Shown: positions 27,701 through 38,020 of the stretch, piece by piece
Position numbering within the stretch: the first letter of the stretch is position 1
How the letters are laid out: each line of letters opens with the position of its first letter
Source: Chrysomallon squamiferum
Lineage: Eukaryota; Animalia; Mollusca
Length of the DNA stretch: 64,000 nucleotides
Direction of reading: 5' to 3'
Assembly: GCA_012295275.1 (NCBI GenBank)
Contig: CM022673.1
Span: forward strand, 22,568,001-22,632,000
The notes under the pieces: model-generated
Database searches by the model: none
The model's input: only the letters and a program-made list of their open reading frames with translations
What the model was told of the DNA's origin: nothing
Translations under genes and position numbers: made by a program

Positions 27701-28013
27701 GGGCAATAACAAACCACTGGGTGACCCAGTGGGGCAAAAAACAGAGAACAAACGACCACCACCACCACCTCCACCTAAACGTAGTGAACATACACGTCTC
27801 TCCTCAGATCAAACGAGACAAATTCATCTGGAACAGCAAGTTCAGGATCCCATTTATGAAAATTGTGAAGGTATTATGGACATCAATGAGCTGCCCCCAC
27901 CCCCTCCAGAATTTCTTGAAGGTCTTGCCATGAAGAATGAACAACAACAGAAGAAAGGTCGGCCTCCACCTCCACCACCAAAACGTAGCAAAGACACTCA
28001 GCTTAGTCATTAG
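1173..28013 (+). CDS. RAPH1: MRL-family adaptor (Lamellipodin/RAPH1, RIAM/APBB1IP, pico, MIG-10 homolog); 10 coding exons visible, probably 5'-incomplete
   Basis: Manual splicing: 1173-1278, 6315-6754, 18309-18386, 19543-19702, 23025-23146, 23277-23351, 23617-23763, 24180-24290, 24952-25053, 25578-28013. All introns are GT-AG, phases are compatible, and the total is 3777 nt ending in TAG. Architecture is coiled-coil, RA, PH, Pro-rich tail with no SH2, so MRL rather than Grb7/10/14. The symbol names the closest vertebrate co-ortholog; APBB1IP is equally applicable. Confidence 0.93.
1702..4701. mobile_element. Non-autonomous TIR DNA transposon, copy 1 (core 1702-3495, right end amplified to 4701); superfamily uncertain (MULE, Merlin or hAT-like 8-bp TSD)
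   Basis: Imperfect TIRs TCCCATCTGGTTGATTTCCCAGTTCG and CGAACTGGAAATTCTACCAGATGGGA. Flanks TTTCTCAG (1694-1701) and TTTCACAG (4702-4709) match 7/8. A second copy lies at 11656-12792. Confidence 0.75.
2685..3352. mobile_element. Tc1/mariner-pogo-type MITE nested in copy 1
   Basis: TA|CAATAATACCTC ... GAGGTATTACTG|TA: 12-bp TIR with one mismatch and TA flanks. Confidence 0.6.
3178..4712. repeat. Tandem triplication, 532-bp unit (starts 3178, 3710, 4242; third copy shortened by many small deletions)
   Basis: GATCAACATAGCTTTTAGAAGCTT recurs at 3178, 3710 and 4242. Units 1 and 2 are nearly identical. Confidence 0.95.
6315..6754 (+). CDS. RAPH1: MRL gene exon 2 (ENQDVNFDAILGELCELETQL...Ser-rich...TVQSE)
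   Basis: tttcAG acceptor, GAG|GTTAGT donor; overlaps ORF 6353-6856. DAILGELCELE is the amphipathic N-terminal MRL motif. Confidence 0.9.
7917..10472 (+). mobile_element. Sola2-like DNA transposon, internally deleted, about 450-bp TIRs
   Basis: 7917-8368 is the near-perfect reverse complement of 10029-10472. Termini GGGTCATTCCATG and CATGGAACGACCC; exact 4-bp TSD CTAA (7913-7916, 10473-10476). GRG termini, 4-bp TSD and long TIRs fit Sola2. Confidence 0.8.
9353..9930 (+). pseudogene. Disrupted N-terminal fragment of a probable Sola2-type transposase
   Basis: Frame reads ANCSF...ELLTL*S...QKSCCDPLN...RSLRIVS...LVPGDKLCCDC, then frameshifts to LNSILSSLGETPVKLHSL. It has in-frame TGAs and no visible catalytic domain. 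The Cys-cluster similarity to Sola2 N-termini is from recall, not a search. Confidence 0.55.
10944..11334. mobile_element. Fold-back MITE with internally repetitive TIRs (3x AAATGGCA) around a (TG)/(TA) microsatellite
   Basis: GGAAAAAAATGGCACCTGGAAGAAATGGCATTTGGCAAATTTGGAAAAAATGGCAC at about 10958-11013 is the inverse of about 11273-11327. No clear TSD. Confidence 0.75.
11656..12792. mobile_element. Non-autonomous TIR element, copy 2, inverted relative to copy 1 and internally deleted
   Basis: Colinear reverse complement of about 1702-3495. Ends GGCTTACACTCATCTGGTAGAATTCCCAG and CTGAGAATTCTACCAGATGGGAAGACTGC. Flanks CAAGAAAG (11648-11655) and AAAGAAAG (12793-12800) match 7/8. Confidence 0.8.
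14173..14401. mobile_element. Truncated, more diverged relic of the Sola2-like element
   Basis: Matches the left TIR at about 8127-8331, then joins directly to the terminal GGGTGATTTGATATGGAATGACCC of the right TIR. Confidence 0.85.
18309..18386 (+). CDS. RAPH1: MRL gene exon 3, coiled-coil before the RA domain (EEQRARLKAEKIRIALEKIKQAKIRK)
   Basis: Hallmark MRL motif KAEKIRIALEK; cttcAG acceptor and AAG|GTAAAC donor; phase 0-0. Confidence 0.96.
19543..19702 (+). CDS. RAPH1: MRL gene exon 4, RA domain N-half (LFVRAFAKDGSSKSILVDEKMTVGHVTSLLTDKNH...IEHMPDLFM)
   Basis: Translated manually; DGSSKS-x-x-VDE RA signature; AG/GT boundaries; phase 0-1. Confidence 0.95.
22272..22777. mobile_element. 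pogo/Tigger-type MITE (506 bp)
   Basis: TA|CCGTATATACTTGTGTA ... TACACAAGTATATACGG|TA: perfect 17-bp TIR, TA TSD, subterminal TATAAGTC(G/A)A repeats. Confidence 0.9.
23025..23146 (+). CDS. RAPH1: MRL gene exon 5, RA domain C-half (ERILEDHDSLVENMVMWTRDSKNKILFEERQEKYDIFQHPE)
   Basis: ER-x-x-EDH...WTRDS-x-NK motif; tttcAG acceptor and GAG|GTGAGT donor. Confidence 0.96.
23277..23351 (+). CDS. RAPH1: MRL gene exon 6, RA-PH linker (KYLLMGTSSEKGISLSPKQQENLIQ)
   Basis: 75-nt open phase 0-0 exon; tatAG acceptor and CAG|GTGAAA donor. Confidence 0.88.
23617..23763 (+). CDS. RAPH1: MRL gene exon 7, PH domain start (EFFSRPGSHVPDVEGALYLKSDGKKAWKKYFFVLRASGLYYNPRGKTSK)
   Basis: EG-x-LYLK-x-DGKK-x-WKK...LRASGLYY signature of the MRL/Grb7 PH domain. 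Confidence 0.97.
24180..24290 (+). CDS. RAPH1: MRL gene exon 8, PH domain (APKDLVCLVQFEFVEVYYGLGWKKKYHAPTDYCFALK)
   Basis: VYYG-x-GWKKKY-x-APTD motif; AG/GT boundaries. Confidence 0.97.
24952..25053 (+). CDS. RAPH1: MRL gene exon 9, PH domain C-terminal helix (HPQIQKKNSKYIRYFCAESKTALDQWVMGIRLSK)
   Basis: HPQIQ-x-K...SKYI-x-Y-x-C...W-x-x-GIR motif; AG/GT boundaries. Confidence 0.96.
25578..28013 (+). CDS. RAPH1: MRL gene terminal coding exon, about 811-aa Ser/Pro/Gln-rich disordered tail
   Basis: ttttAG acceptor; begins IGKQVLYNY, in frame with ORF 25593-28013. Contains poly-Pro motifs ELPPPPPEF and two PPPPPKRS. Confidence 0.93.
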   Translation: MGKQVLYNYDRLQHDVSIWDLRDSTEQVNNFHSSKYLNDSISLNNMGNLHSSQMSVPEPNSRHSIVTVVNSSLVRNSTSGGPDCENPDEIIGIEITPIPNRKSSVGGMSCGESAQPKTPVKRVSFSNTHSIINADTGEELLHPKHRDSITSASTDSSEDSNSSGEGRHSLSARGKLRPKLPVTTETTRQLSEMFQTSTDNMSQYGDSVFLDERKPSIGYSEKRRSSSSSISSDKDKRANEIGNKKISHVRSSSGPSQSMPTSQRNEMFSSQNETNNQKSVVSQSVSPQSARQHTPPPPATNMIQNPSRNAPVSNIASTPVTTSAPSCPPLISTKLQMSPNPSSQTSLQTSPNVPSQRSCKAPSPANICSPQQMNNPQNSSDIYVKSSPRYDRINTYENISNGYASGINGTMPQLYPGQAPQSHPGQASQQQHGSRGPPPPPPQKSHHPPQSTAAKSHPPPPSVSQRHPGTMNGMPLSPQISRTPGIEACMNGSLGDIRKSSRSDGEGGSPTRSAIPMPVPITPQEQHPPITAPKPKQPPVSPAVSQHNKKQQQQAVQNGTHFAKLSETNHPESPGFADHGIPMPPPMPLLQTSPTQSISQRLSSIKHPTPTTPLITANKSKHGPKNIQRTNSAMKGIVDNESGISLPFLAELSKRSSNVQNGQPNQVHQGHSHGMKRENHTAECFSNSNQSNKANHRRSSSTGGSGGGGNNKPLGDPVGQKTENKRPPPPPPPKRSEHTRLSSDQTRQIHLEQQVQDPIYENCEGIMDINELPPPPPEFLEGLAMKNEQQQKKGRPPPPPPKRSKDTQLSH

Positions 28014-30151
28014 CTGAGTTTAAGAAATACTTTTCTCTTGTTCTCATCTGAAGATGAGAGATTTGGAACTCATCACTCTACCTTGTCACAGATGTCTGCA
28101 TTATGTGTAATTGGTTGGTCTGTTAAAATTATATGCAGAAATATAGAAGTTCAAGACATCATGTTTAAATATAAAACTTTAAGAACAAAAATATCTAAGA
28201 ATAGCCACTCTTTAATCATTTAATGGTATATATTCTTAAAGTTCATGGGAGAATATTTTTTTGTTTGTTTTCATTATCCTATAACATTTTTTAATACGTT
28301 TCATTTTCTGTAAATTGTTAAGCTTCTTTTAATGAAAAAAGAAAAGAACAAAAGTAAAACATTAGCAGAAGTAATCAAGAAATAACCTAGTTTAAAATAA
28401 AATAGATTTAATTAACTTATGATATATATTTAAATGGTGTGGTTTAAATTAGGGAATCGGATGAAACGAGTTTTCTAAATAAGATGTGACAAGATAACTG
28501 TGTGTTAGTGCTATGTATATGTATTTATTGACAAAGAATTTGTTTGCATAAATATTCTAGTTTTAGTCTGTACAGTCTTAAATTCACTGAACTGAATCTC
28601 ATTCACAAGGCTAATGAAACAAAGTGGAATTTTGGTTCTTATCATATGTCAAGTGTGTATCAACAGTTTACAAATAATGGTTGTATTGACTGGTTAGTTT
28701 TATTTTTATTTATTTTATATTTTTATTTTTTTTATATATTTTTTTCTCAGTTAAAGCAGTTTTATGACAGATCAGTTGAATAAAGACTTCTTTTATCACT
28801 GTCAGTTAATTAAAATAAACAAGATTGTTAAGAATTTTTATTTTTATTTTTATTCTAAATTAAGTTCCCTTTTTTAATGGTATGCATAAACTGTTTAAGA
28901 TCAACTTTTCTTCTTATTTCTTTTTATTTTAAATTTTCTTATTTTTATATCTTTTTATATATTTTTTTATTTTTTATTTTTTTTTATTTTAAAGTCATTA
29001 AGATGCATCATTAACTCAACCAAAAATAGTCATCGGATAGCCCTTTTCTGATTGGTCAGAAGAACAGATCTGGGCTTTTTACTTGTTGTTTTGAATGTTT
29101 CTAATATATATGCTGTTATTGATATACTTTTAGTTTGTGTCAATCTGTTTTGTAAAATAATTGTGTGTGTGTATAATTATTTTTGAAGTAATTTCATATA
29201 AATATATTATGACTGTTTTTACACAAATATATTTGACCTGTATTTCAGATTTATTATTATTATCTTTACAACTTGATACTAGTCAGTTTACTACAGTTCT
29301 GATATTTTTTACTTACAGATTTTGTTGTATGTTTGTATTCATCTTAATCATGTTTTTGATTTAATTTTTGTTTGTGTGTTTTTACACACAGAGTATCAAT
29401 ATCACCACTTATTTTATTAAATAAATAACAATAATAGTTTCATGAAATGTGCATTTTATAATTTCATCATTTATATTTATTTATTTATTACTTATTTAAT
29501 TTTGTAGATTATGATTATGTTTTAATCTGTTTTTAAATTCAGACTTTCATATTTTTACTTTTTTGGGGTATAACAATAATAATAAATTTCATTATGATTA
29601 CACTTCAAAATCATTAGCTTTGTTGTCTTTAACAGTATTTATTTTATTATTATTCTTTGAGATACATCAAAAATAATTTTAATTTTAAACCGGAATTCTG
29701 AAATGCATATTTCATAAATTTAGTTGTAGAAAACCTAGATGTATTGTATGACTTATACATGTATAAATATAAAAAACATGACTTTTTTGCTTTTTACTTG
29801 TTTTATTTTGATACAGTTTATGTTTTTATAAATTTACTGAGTTTCCTTTTTTAACACATGGAAGATTCCATTCTAGTCAGTGTTGTTAAAAATATTATTT
29901 ACATTATTATTTCATGTCAGTCATAATAATTCTGCTGTTTCTTTGTATATTTATGTGATATAATGCATGTGCCAATTTTATTTTTCATGCCAAAGGTTTT
30001 ACTCACTTATTTATTTGTGCCACAGAGTTTATTTTTATGTCTTACAGAAAAGCAATCAGATTCAGGTCCAAAATGAATTTTGAAATATTTAATTTAATGA
30101 AAGAATAATAGTTCGAGTTCGCAAAAGTCGATACATCTTAGACTTCAATTT

Positions 30152-30293
30152 TAACATTTCATCATTATTTTTATCATTAGGATGTATGTAACCACATTTC
30201 ATCATTATTTTGCATTAGAATATACATAACAATATTTCATTGTTTTACATTATGATATATGTAACAACAGTTCATCATTATTTTACATTAAGG
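30152..30293. repeat. Degenerate about 36-bp tandem repeat, about 4 copies
   Basis: Recurring ACATTTCATCATTATTTT...CATTAG...ATRTAAC unit. Confidence 0.7.
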
Positions 30294-30489
30294 AAATATT
30301 TCAACATCAGAAATTAAAAGAAAGGAAAAGGAGATAATGCTATAGTGATTGTTTTAATCTATAATTGCTTAATGATTGCTGACTAGGAAATTCACAGTTT
30401 GAGTAGAGTGTATAAACTATATCCATGGTATTCAAACATATTTTAACTATTAAAATTCTTCAGAATATAAACATACATAACATATTTCA

Positions 30490-30546
30490 TTCTTATTCTT
30501 ATTCTTATTCTTCTTCTTCTTCTTCTTCTTATTATTATTATTATTA

Positions 30547-30585
<39 letters not shown>

Positions 30586-30606
30586 GTTGTTGTTGTTGTT
30601 GTTGTT
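30490..30606. repeat. Compound (TTC)(TTA)(TTG) microsatellite
   Basis: Directly visible. Confidence 0.95.
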
Positions 30607-32847
30607 ACCTTTATGGCCAGAGTCGTTTATTATTATTATTACTTTCATTACTTTTTTAAAATACTATTCATTGTCATCATGAATTGTCATCATGTATTGA
30701 GAAACATAATTCTTTGTATGACCACAAAATCAAAAATGAATTCAAAGCTATATAATAAACCAGTTTTAAAAAAGACCATTTATGATGTTTTTAAACCTTT
30801 CATATCTTTCTAAATTATTAGTTAATGTGAAGTTTGAGAATTACCTTTGTGAATAAACATGCAGCATCTGGAGAGAACAATGCCTTTAGATTATATATTC
30901 ACCAAATTGTGTAAATCAGTGTTTTCTTTGGCGAGAGAAACATCTATGCAAATTAAATGAAAATCAGCATAATACATTAAAGATGGTATATATATATAGT
31001 AGAAAAGTTTTCAAAGTTTCATTTGCTTTTTTCTCTGCAGTATGAAGCTAATAAGAAGAGTCTCATTACAAGTTTGTTACCAAATTAATAGATTCTGTTT
31101 TGTAAAAAAAAAAATTATTTTTGGCTATAAATTTAAAAAAAGAAACATAAGTAAACATTTTTAAAATTAAAAGATTTACACTTCCAAAATAGGTTTGTTA
31201 TTTCCTTTTATCAAATTTTTAAAAACTTCCACTTGAGTATCAAGTTAAAACAAAGACTGGTATGTAAAATAAAAGAGAAGTTTTATTTGTATCAGAAAAA
31301 GATTGAATTAAATTTAAAAAAAAATGAAATAACACTTTTAAAATATTTTCTGTAAAATGAAATTTCTCAAAAAATGATAAAGTGTAATTTAGTTCAGGTT
31401 TAATCTTCATTTGACAAATTAAATATCTCAGTGTCTCATATAGAATCTTACTCATACAGGTTTTTATTTCATTTTTATAGTTTCATCTTGGATACAATCT
31501 CACTCTGATGATGAGATTATCTAGTTTATTTTCTCATACACAGAACATCACCATATGAATTTTCTTCAAACTTACAGACAACCTTGCTGTTCGATGCATA
31601 TAAACCCTATGCTGCTTGTTGTGTACATATTAACAAGGTGTCTATATTTGTTCATCATTGCAATGAATGTCAATTTTTGTGTTGTTTTGCTTTGATAACT
31701 AACAGCTTTTTAAAAGCATATCATTGAATGTCTGGGCTGTTCCTGTGTGGTTTCAGTGAGATCAACTGATTTTATTTTAAATTTTGTTAACAACTTTTTC
31801 CTTCTTCACAGAGAACTGCTTCTCTTTATTATGTCATCTGATATTTTAAGTTTAAAAAAATACTCTTCTTACTCTTTTTTTCTGTTACTATCATTTTAAA
31901 ATCATTGTTAAAATGTTAGTGAATTTGCCATAATTATTTTATTTGATTTTAACTTTTTCTTCATATTATTAGGAAAAACTTTTATTTTTTTTATTTTGTA
32001 AATCAAGGTATATCATGTTTTTACAACATATACATAATCTCTGGTTTTGTTCACAAAAACAAAATCTGGTATGATGATTTTATCAGAATTGGTCTTAAAT
32101 GGGAAGTTTTTTTTGATGAAATCTATAAAATTTGATGTTAAATATATGGACCATAAGAAGTACCAGTAATTAATGTCTCTAAAAGATATTAATAATACCA
32201 ATACTAATGCTGCTTAATAGTAATTTAATCATTGTTATTTACAACATGATAATCAACCTTTTTTCACATTAATAAAGTTTTATTATTATTAAGTTCTAGT
32301 ATTAATTTCCTTAATATCATAAAATGATTTTCATTTTTATTAAATACACTATGATTGATCAAACTACTGCCTCCTTGTGTTTATTAAAGGTGCTAAACTG
32401 TTAATTCTCATTAATTTGTACTTGCATCTGTTGTTTGGAAAGTACATGATCTTTAAAATCTCTATCTTCCATTTGTTAACTAACAGTTTTAAACTGTTGA
32501 TAGATATTTTCACTTTTTTTAATTAAAAAGTAAGATTCAGATGTACAACTGGGATTTATCAAGTGAAATTTGCATGAAGCTGTACCATTCTTGACATAAA
32601 TATAATTATCAATATTCAAAGGAGAATTAATTTTTGAGTATGTATCACTGTCCTTTTGAACAAATTTTTTTTTTTTTTTCTTCTGAGGGCGCATCAGAAT
32701 GTTAGAAGCAAATTTTTTGATATTGTGGAAATGAAAATAAAAATATAATTTTAAACTGACATTTCTGTACCATTGTAACCCTTACACATTGTGAACTAGC
32801 TAGCCCACTTGTGTATATTATCTGAAGATGACAATGTACATTTTCTA

Positions 32848-32873
32848 AATAAAATGTATTGGAAACCAATAAA
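32848..32873 (+). terminator. Candidate polyadenylation signals of the MRL gene
   Basis: Two AATAAA (32848, 32868) with several upstream TGTA and a T-rich tract downstream, at the end of the CpG-poor domain. AATAAA is common in this AT-rich DNA, so tentative. Confidence 0.3.
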
Positions 32874-33633
32874 AGTGTTATTTTTTTATTTATATACTTA
32901 TTACTTACTTATATATTTGTTTATATACTTATTATTTACTTATTTATTTATTTAATATTATTGTTGTTATTTAATTTGTTTTTGTTGTTTTTGAAAGTAT
33001 GGAGAGATACATATAAAGTAGATGTAATTAACTATGGATATTATTTTAAACTGATTGAAAAACTTACACATAAACATTAATAAACATTGAATGTTTAATA
33101 TATATATAATGTTTAATGTTTATTAAATACATCAAATAGGTTTTTGTAATGATAAGGTGTTAAAAATTTAGATGCTGTATGGGCTATAGTTATTCGTTAA
33201 CAGTAAAGAAGAATATTAATTCGTAAATAGACATTAATCATTTGTTTATTTTATTCTGCATCTCAAAACACTACAAGGTTAGCTGACAACTTGATCTGTC
33301 TATAAATTTCTATATAATTTAAACTTTAAAAAAAAAAATTAAAGATTATAAAACAAATTAATAAAATAAACAGTTATTTATAATATAATTACAAAGATTA
33401 ATCAGCAGATAGATCAGACATTCTAACATAGACTTCTTAATTGTATAATGTAATTATAACAAATTCAGACTATTTTGGTTTGGTATTTCTGAGACGACCC
33501 ACCGTTGATAATCCGAAAAGTCCATTGTTCATACAAACTGCCGGTTAACGAAATATGACTTCTTATTTTTCGTTTCCTAATCTTCGGCAAGGGAGACAAC
33601 CACTAAAGACTTATAATATGCGTATGTTTAAGA

Positions 33634-33637
<4 letters not shown>

Positions 33638-33726
<89 letters not shown>
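33638..33726. repeat. (CT)n microsatellite
   Basis: Directly visible. Confidence 0.98.
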
Positions 33727-33729
<3 letters not shown>

Positions 33730-34162
33730 ATACTTGTTTTGGTTATATATACTCTGATTTTAACTGTTTCAATGAATTGTAAATACAACATCAATTTTAC
33801 TGAACTGTTAGAACAATAACCCATACTTAAAACGTACACATATTAAAAACAGTGGTGGTACATAACTTTTGGTGAGATGTATATTAATGAGCTTATAAAA
33901 GTTACCTTGAGCTGATAACAAAAATTACATTTGGATTAACATTCTTAAAGATAATTTATTTATTTATTTATTTATATATTTAATTTATTAGAAATTGTAA
34001 CAAAATAATAATAATAATAACAATAATAATAATAATAAATAAATGAATAAAAAATAATAATAACGCAGCATATCCACGGGTATTATCCAAAAAAATTAGT
34101 ATATTAATTTTCTTGAATTATGGGATTGTTCCTAATATTGCAGTTCATACGAATGTTTAATG

Positions 34163-34252
34163 CAGCTCTGCCTGGAATCTCTGCATTCTATAACTGGAAA
34201 GTCCCGTGAGATCTCAGCGAAGGAGAGAATGCAGAGATTCTATGTTGAGCTG
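34163..34252. repeat. 90-bp hairpin or miniature inverted-repeat element
   Basis: CAGCTC-6nt-GAATCTCTGCATTCT ...36 nt... AGAATGCAGAGATTC-6nt-GAGCTG. Confidence 0.8.
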
Positions 34253-35301
34253 TATATGTTTCTGTTATATATATATACATATGAAACATAAAACAAAAAT
34301 GAAAAGTGTCGTTAATATAAAATTTTATTTAGAAATCAGCAAAAGAATATAAAAGCCGAAAAAGAATAAATGTTTTTATATGGTGTCTTTAATGTTAAGT
34401 TATTATTGTTGTGGTTACTGAAGGAAAAAAAAATTAAAAACGAATGAGTTGAAAAATTATAATTTATATATTACAATCCATTATTCATGGTTATAATTTC
34501 CTCTGCAAAAACTTCTGAAGTAGAAACTGCTATTTTTTATACGTTGTCTGCAACACGATAGAAGGCGTGTGCAAGTTGTGAAAATGAAGAAAACCGAAGT
34601 CGGGTGTGATGCACAATGAACATCAGAATCCAGACAATAAGAATTTTTTATTTCCTGTGATTTTTTGTTATGAATTTGTATTTTGCCAATTGCTGTTTAC
34701 ATTTCTAATTCAGAACACATGCAGATTTCGCCCAAGGTGTTTATTTCACGTTTTCAGCCGTTGTCAATTTCCTCTATTCTCCGTTACTCGGGATACTATT
34801 ATTATTTTTAAGCTATAAGCATTGCGATATTTTCGCGTTCGCTTCACATATAAAAAAAATATTGCATCAAGTGCACCTGTAAAAAATTTTAATGGTTTCC
34901 TTAGCGTATTTCTGTTCGTAGATTGTTGATTCACATGTCAAAGATTTTGATTGGAATAATATGAAAGAGCCATTCAAAATCTGAAAATTTCCTTGACATT
35001 TTTGTTTTAATTTCAGCGGGAATTCAGAACTAGAAAGTATGAATGGAATGATGATCTGCAGGAGAGATTTAAACTATGCATTTTTAACACACATGTATAT
35101 GATGACTATCCGATATATTTTTAAAAATTAAAATAACTGTATATATTATGCATTGTCCACACATGAATTTGTAAATTAGATTCGGTGGGGCGCGTGATTT
35201 AAATGTTATCTCCTATTTACTGAAGATGTAAAATAAATTTAAAAATATATATAACCTTGATATAGGTATTTCGTATTAAATTGATCGATATAAAAAAAAA
35301 A

Positions 35302-35334
<33 letters not shown>

Positions 35335-38020
35335 TACTTTACCAATATTTTTTCAAATGTATTTATCACTTTTTTTTTATTACCGATGTTTAAAGTTGAA
35401 ACTATACATTTGGAAGAATTTTTATACTTACTAAAGAACACTGACACGACAAAGACTGGTCACATCTTATTCTCGCCTTTTAAGTCCCATTCCAGCATCT
35501 TCCACTCTCCTCGTCCTCATCCTTCGTTTCTTGAAAGGAAACTTACAGTTCGTGAAATGTTTGATGATTTTTTGTCCAGTTTATTTGTTTTTCCAGGTGC
35601 AAGCAGTACCAGAGGAAGTGTAAATTATTTTGTCCATGCACACTTGTCATTTCAATCATCGTTATGAGGATTTTTAAGTTGAGTCGTCTGAAAAGAAATT
35701 GGTGGCTCTTCTGTTAATATTGCCAATACTTTTACTTTCGTATGTTGATGATTCGTCACTGGGAATGAAGTCATTAATAATGAGCATGATGTAAATGTTA
35801 CTCAAGTTTTCTCTCACAAAAGATACAGTCGCGTACTGCTTTTGTTTCTTGCTTTTACTATTTACATTTTCTTTTCTTGTTTCTTTTATTTTATTTTCCT
35901 TCTTCTTCTTCTTCTTCTTCTTCTTCTTCTTCTTCTTCTTCTTCTTCTTTTCTGATTATTATTATTATTATTATTATTACTATTTATTGTTATTGTTGTT
36001 TTTTCTCGATCATATTCTTTTACATCTTTACTGTTTTTGTTTTCTAACTGTATTTTTAACTTTTTAAATACTACTTATTATTAAATTTGGAGAATGTTGA
36101 TTGGAACAATATATTTTAAATGTATATATCCTCTCTTTTTTACTTTCACCTACTTTATTGTTTTCAAATAAAATTAAAGCATTATTTGATTAACACAACC
36201 AGTAATGTTAATATCATTGCCACTGTCTTATTTCATAACTATATAGTACCACAATTACGAATATTTTTTCCAACGATTAGGATTTTTATTATTACTGCTC
36301 TTATTCTTTAAACAGTAATTGCAACACGATTAAGCTGTATAAACTATGCTGTTTTGTTATTACTCATGATATTGTTTCTTTTACTACGTTTTGAGATGTT
36401 ATCAGCTTAACTTTAACTATTGTAAAGTGCCTGAAGGTACTAATTTACTAAATAATCACTAAATACTATACATGTGCTAAAGGAAACAACATAAAAATAT
36501 AATCTCTCTCGCTCTCACTGTACGAATTTAATAATTTTTATTAAAGTACTTATGCATTCGACGCGCGCGAACGTTAGCGGACGAGGAATGTGTGTGAATG
36601 TATAAGTCACACATGCGTGATTTTTTTTTGATTTTTTTCCTAGTAAAAGATGACCTTCACTCTGGTAGAATACAGCCTGCTAGGAGATAATTATAAAATA
36701 TATAAGACTCAATACATTTCTGGATTCTGATTGCTAATTACACCGTACTCAGAGTGTCTGTTTTCACACGTGCTAATACTACATCTTCTGTGGGTGTTAC
36801 GACACACCCGCTTTATCACAGGCTAATAGTTGTTCTTATATCCACTACACCATCAGGCCTTGTAGGCTGAGCAAACTACCCCCTGTCCCGAATTTCACCC
36901 CAAGCAACCAGCTCCGAGTTGTCAGTAGTGCTTAAACTCGGTTAATTCCCCATGGGTGGGGATTATTTCTCCGTAACTGATGAACATAGTGTTGTGTCAT
37001 GTAGTAGAGCGGCTCATGATTAGCTCTGAGTGTAGTTTGATAATTAGAATAATCGTTCTGCAGTATAATCGTTAATATTATAGTTAACTTCATAGTAGTC
37101 ATAGTATATAATTTACTGACAAATAATTGTATCCTTTGAAATAAACTGTATTAAAATCAATTTTAAATTATGTTTAAAGCACATGCTGTGTTGTTTGAAT
37201 TCTAGTAATAAAATAAAATAAATTCTTAAATTATTTTAAGGTTTTGTAAAAAATTATAATTAAGGAAGGAATAAAATATAAATCTGATTTTACTTGCTTC
37301 GGTGAAACACTAAGTACTTTAAACGTAAGCCATATAATTAGAACATGCATAGCGTAGGTCCATAAAGTATATTTACCAGCTCTTTCCGTTTGACTGGCAT
37401 TTAAAATCCTAATACTTCTCCATTTTTTTAAAACTCGGAGAACCATCTGCTTTTCTATCTCTTCGTACAGTGCCAGAATCTCGACATTACCTTTGACGAG
37501 TAATCGGCTTCTTTTCCTTATTTCCTATAGTAATAGACAAGTTCCTATTCATTTTCAAAGAAAACAAAAATCGTACTCAAAGTATTTTTGTGAATGTCTT
37601 GTTCGGTAAAGAAGACAAATAATATAAAGGATAATATGTAAATATAAACTACTAATAAAAAATAAATATTCTCTTGTATAATTATTGTAGTAATATTATA
37701 TTGTTGATACATAATGTATTTACACCAGCCGATGGTCTAAATCAGTAGAGTAAAATAAAATAACATAAATAGAGCATCGTGCAATTAGTGCAATAACAAT
37801 AATCTAATAAAATTAAATATTTTGATCATGTTAGCTGTGCCTAGTAATATAATTTAAAATAATTTTATAAAATCACTTTACTTATAGTACAAATAGGAAT
37901 TTAATCATTATACAGAGTACACTCATTGTGTAGTAAGTAAATAATAATAAATATGTTCTGTTAAAAAATAAACTGTGATTATATAAATGATTAAAACTAT
38001 ATAATTAGCATAATTATACG

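Noticed and set aside
1173-28013. Grb7/10/14 identity for the RA-PH gene
   Set aside because: No BPS or SH2 domain follows the PH domain. The tail is Pro-rich and the KAEKIRIALEK coiled-coil is MRL-type.
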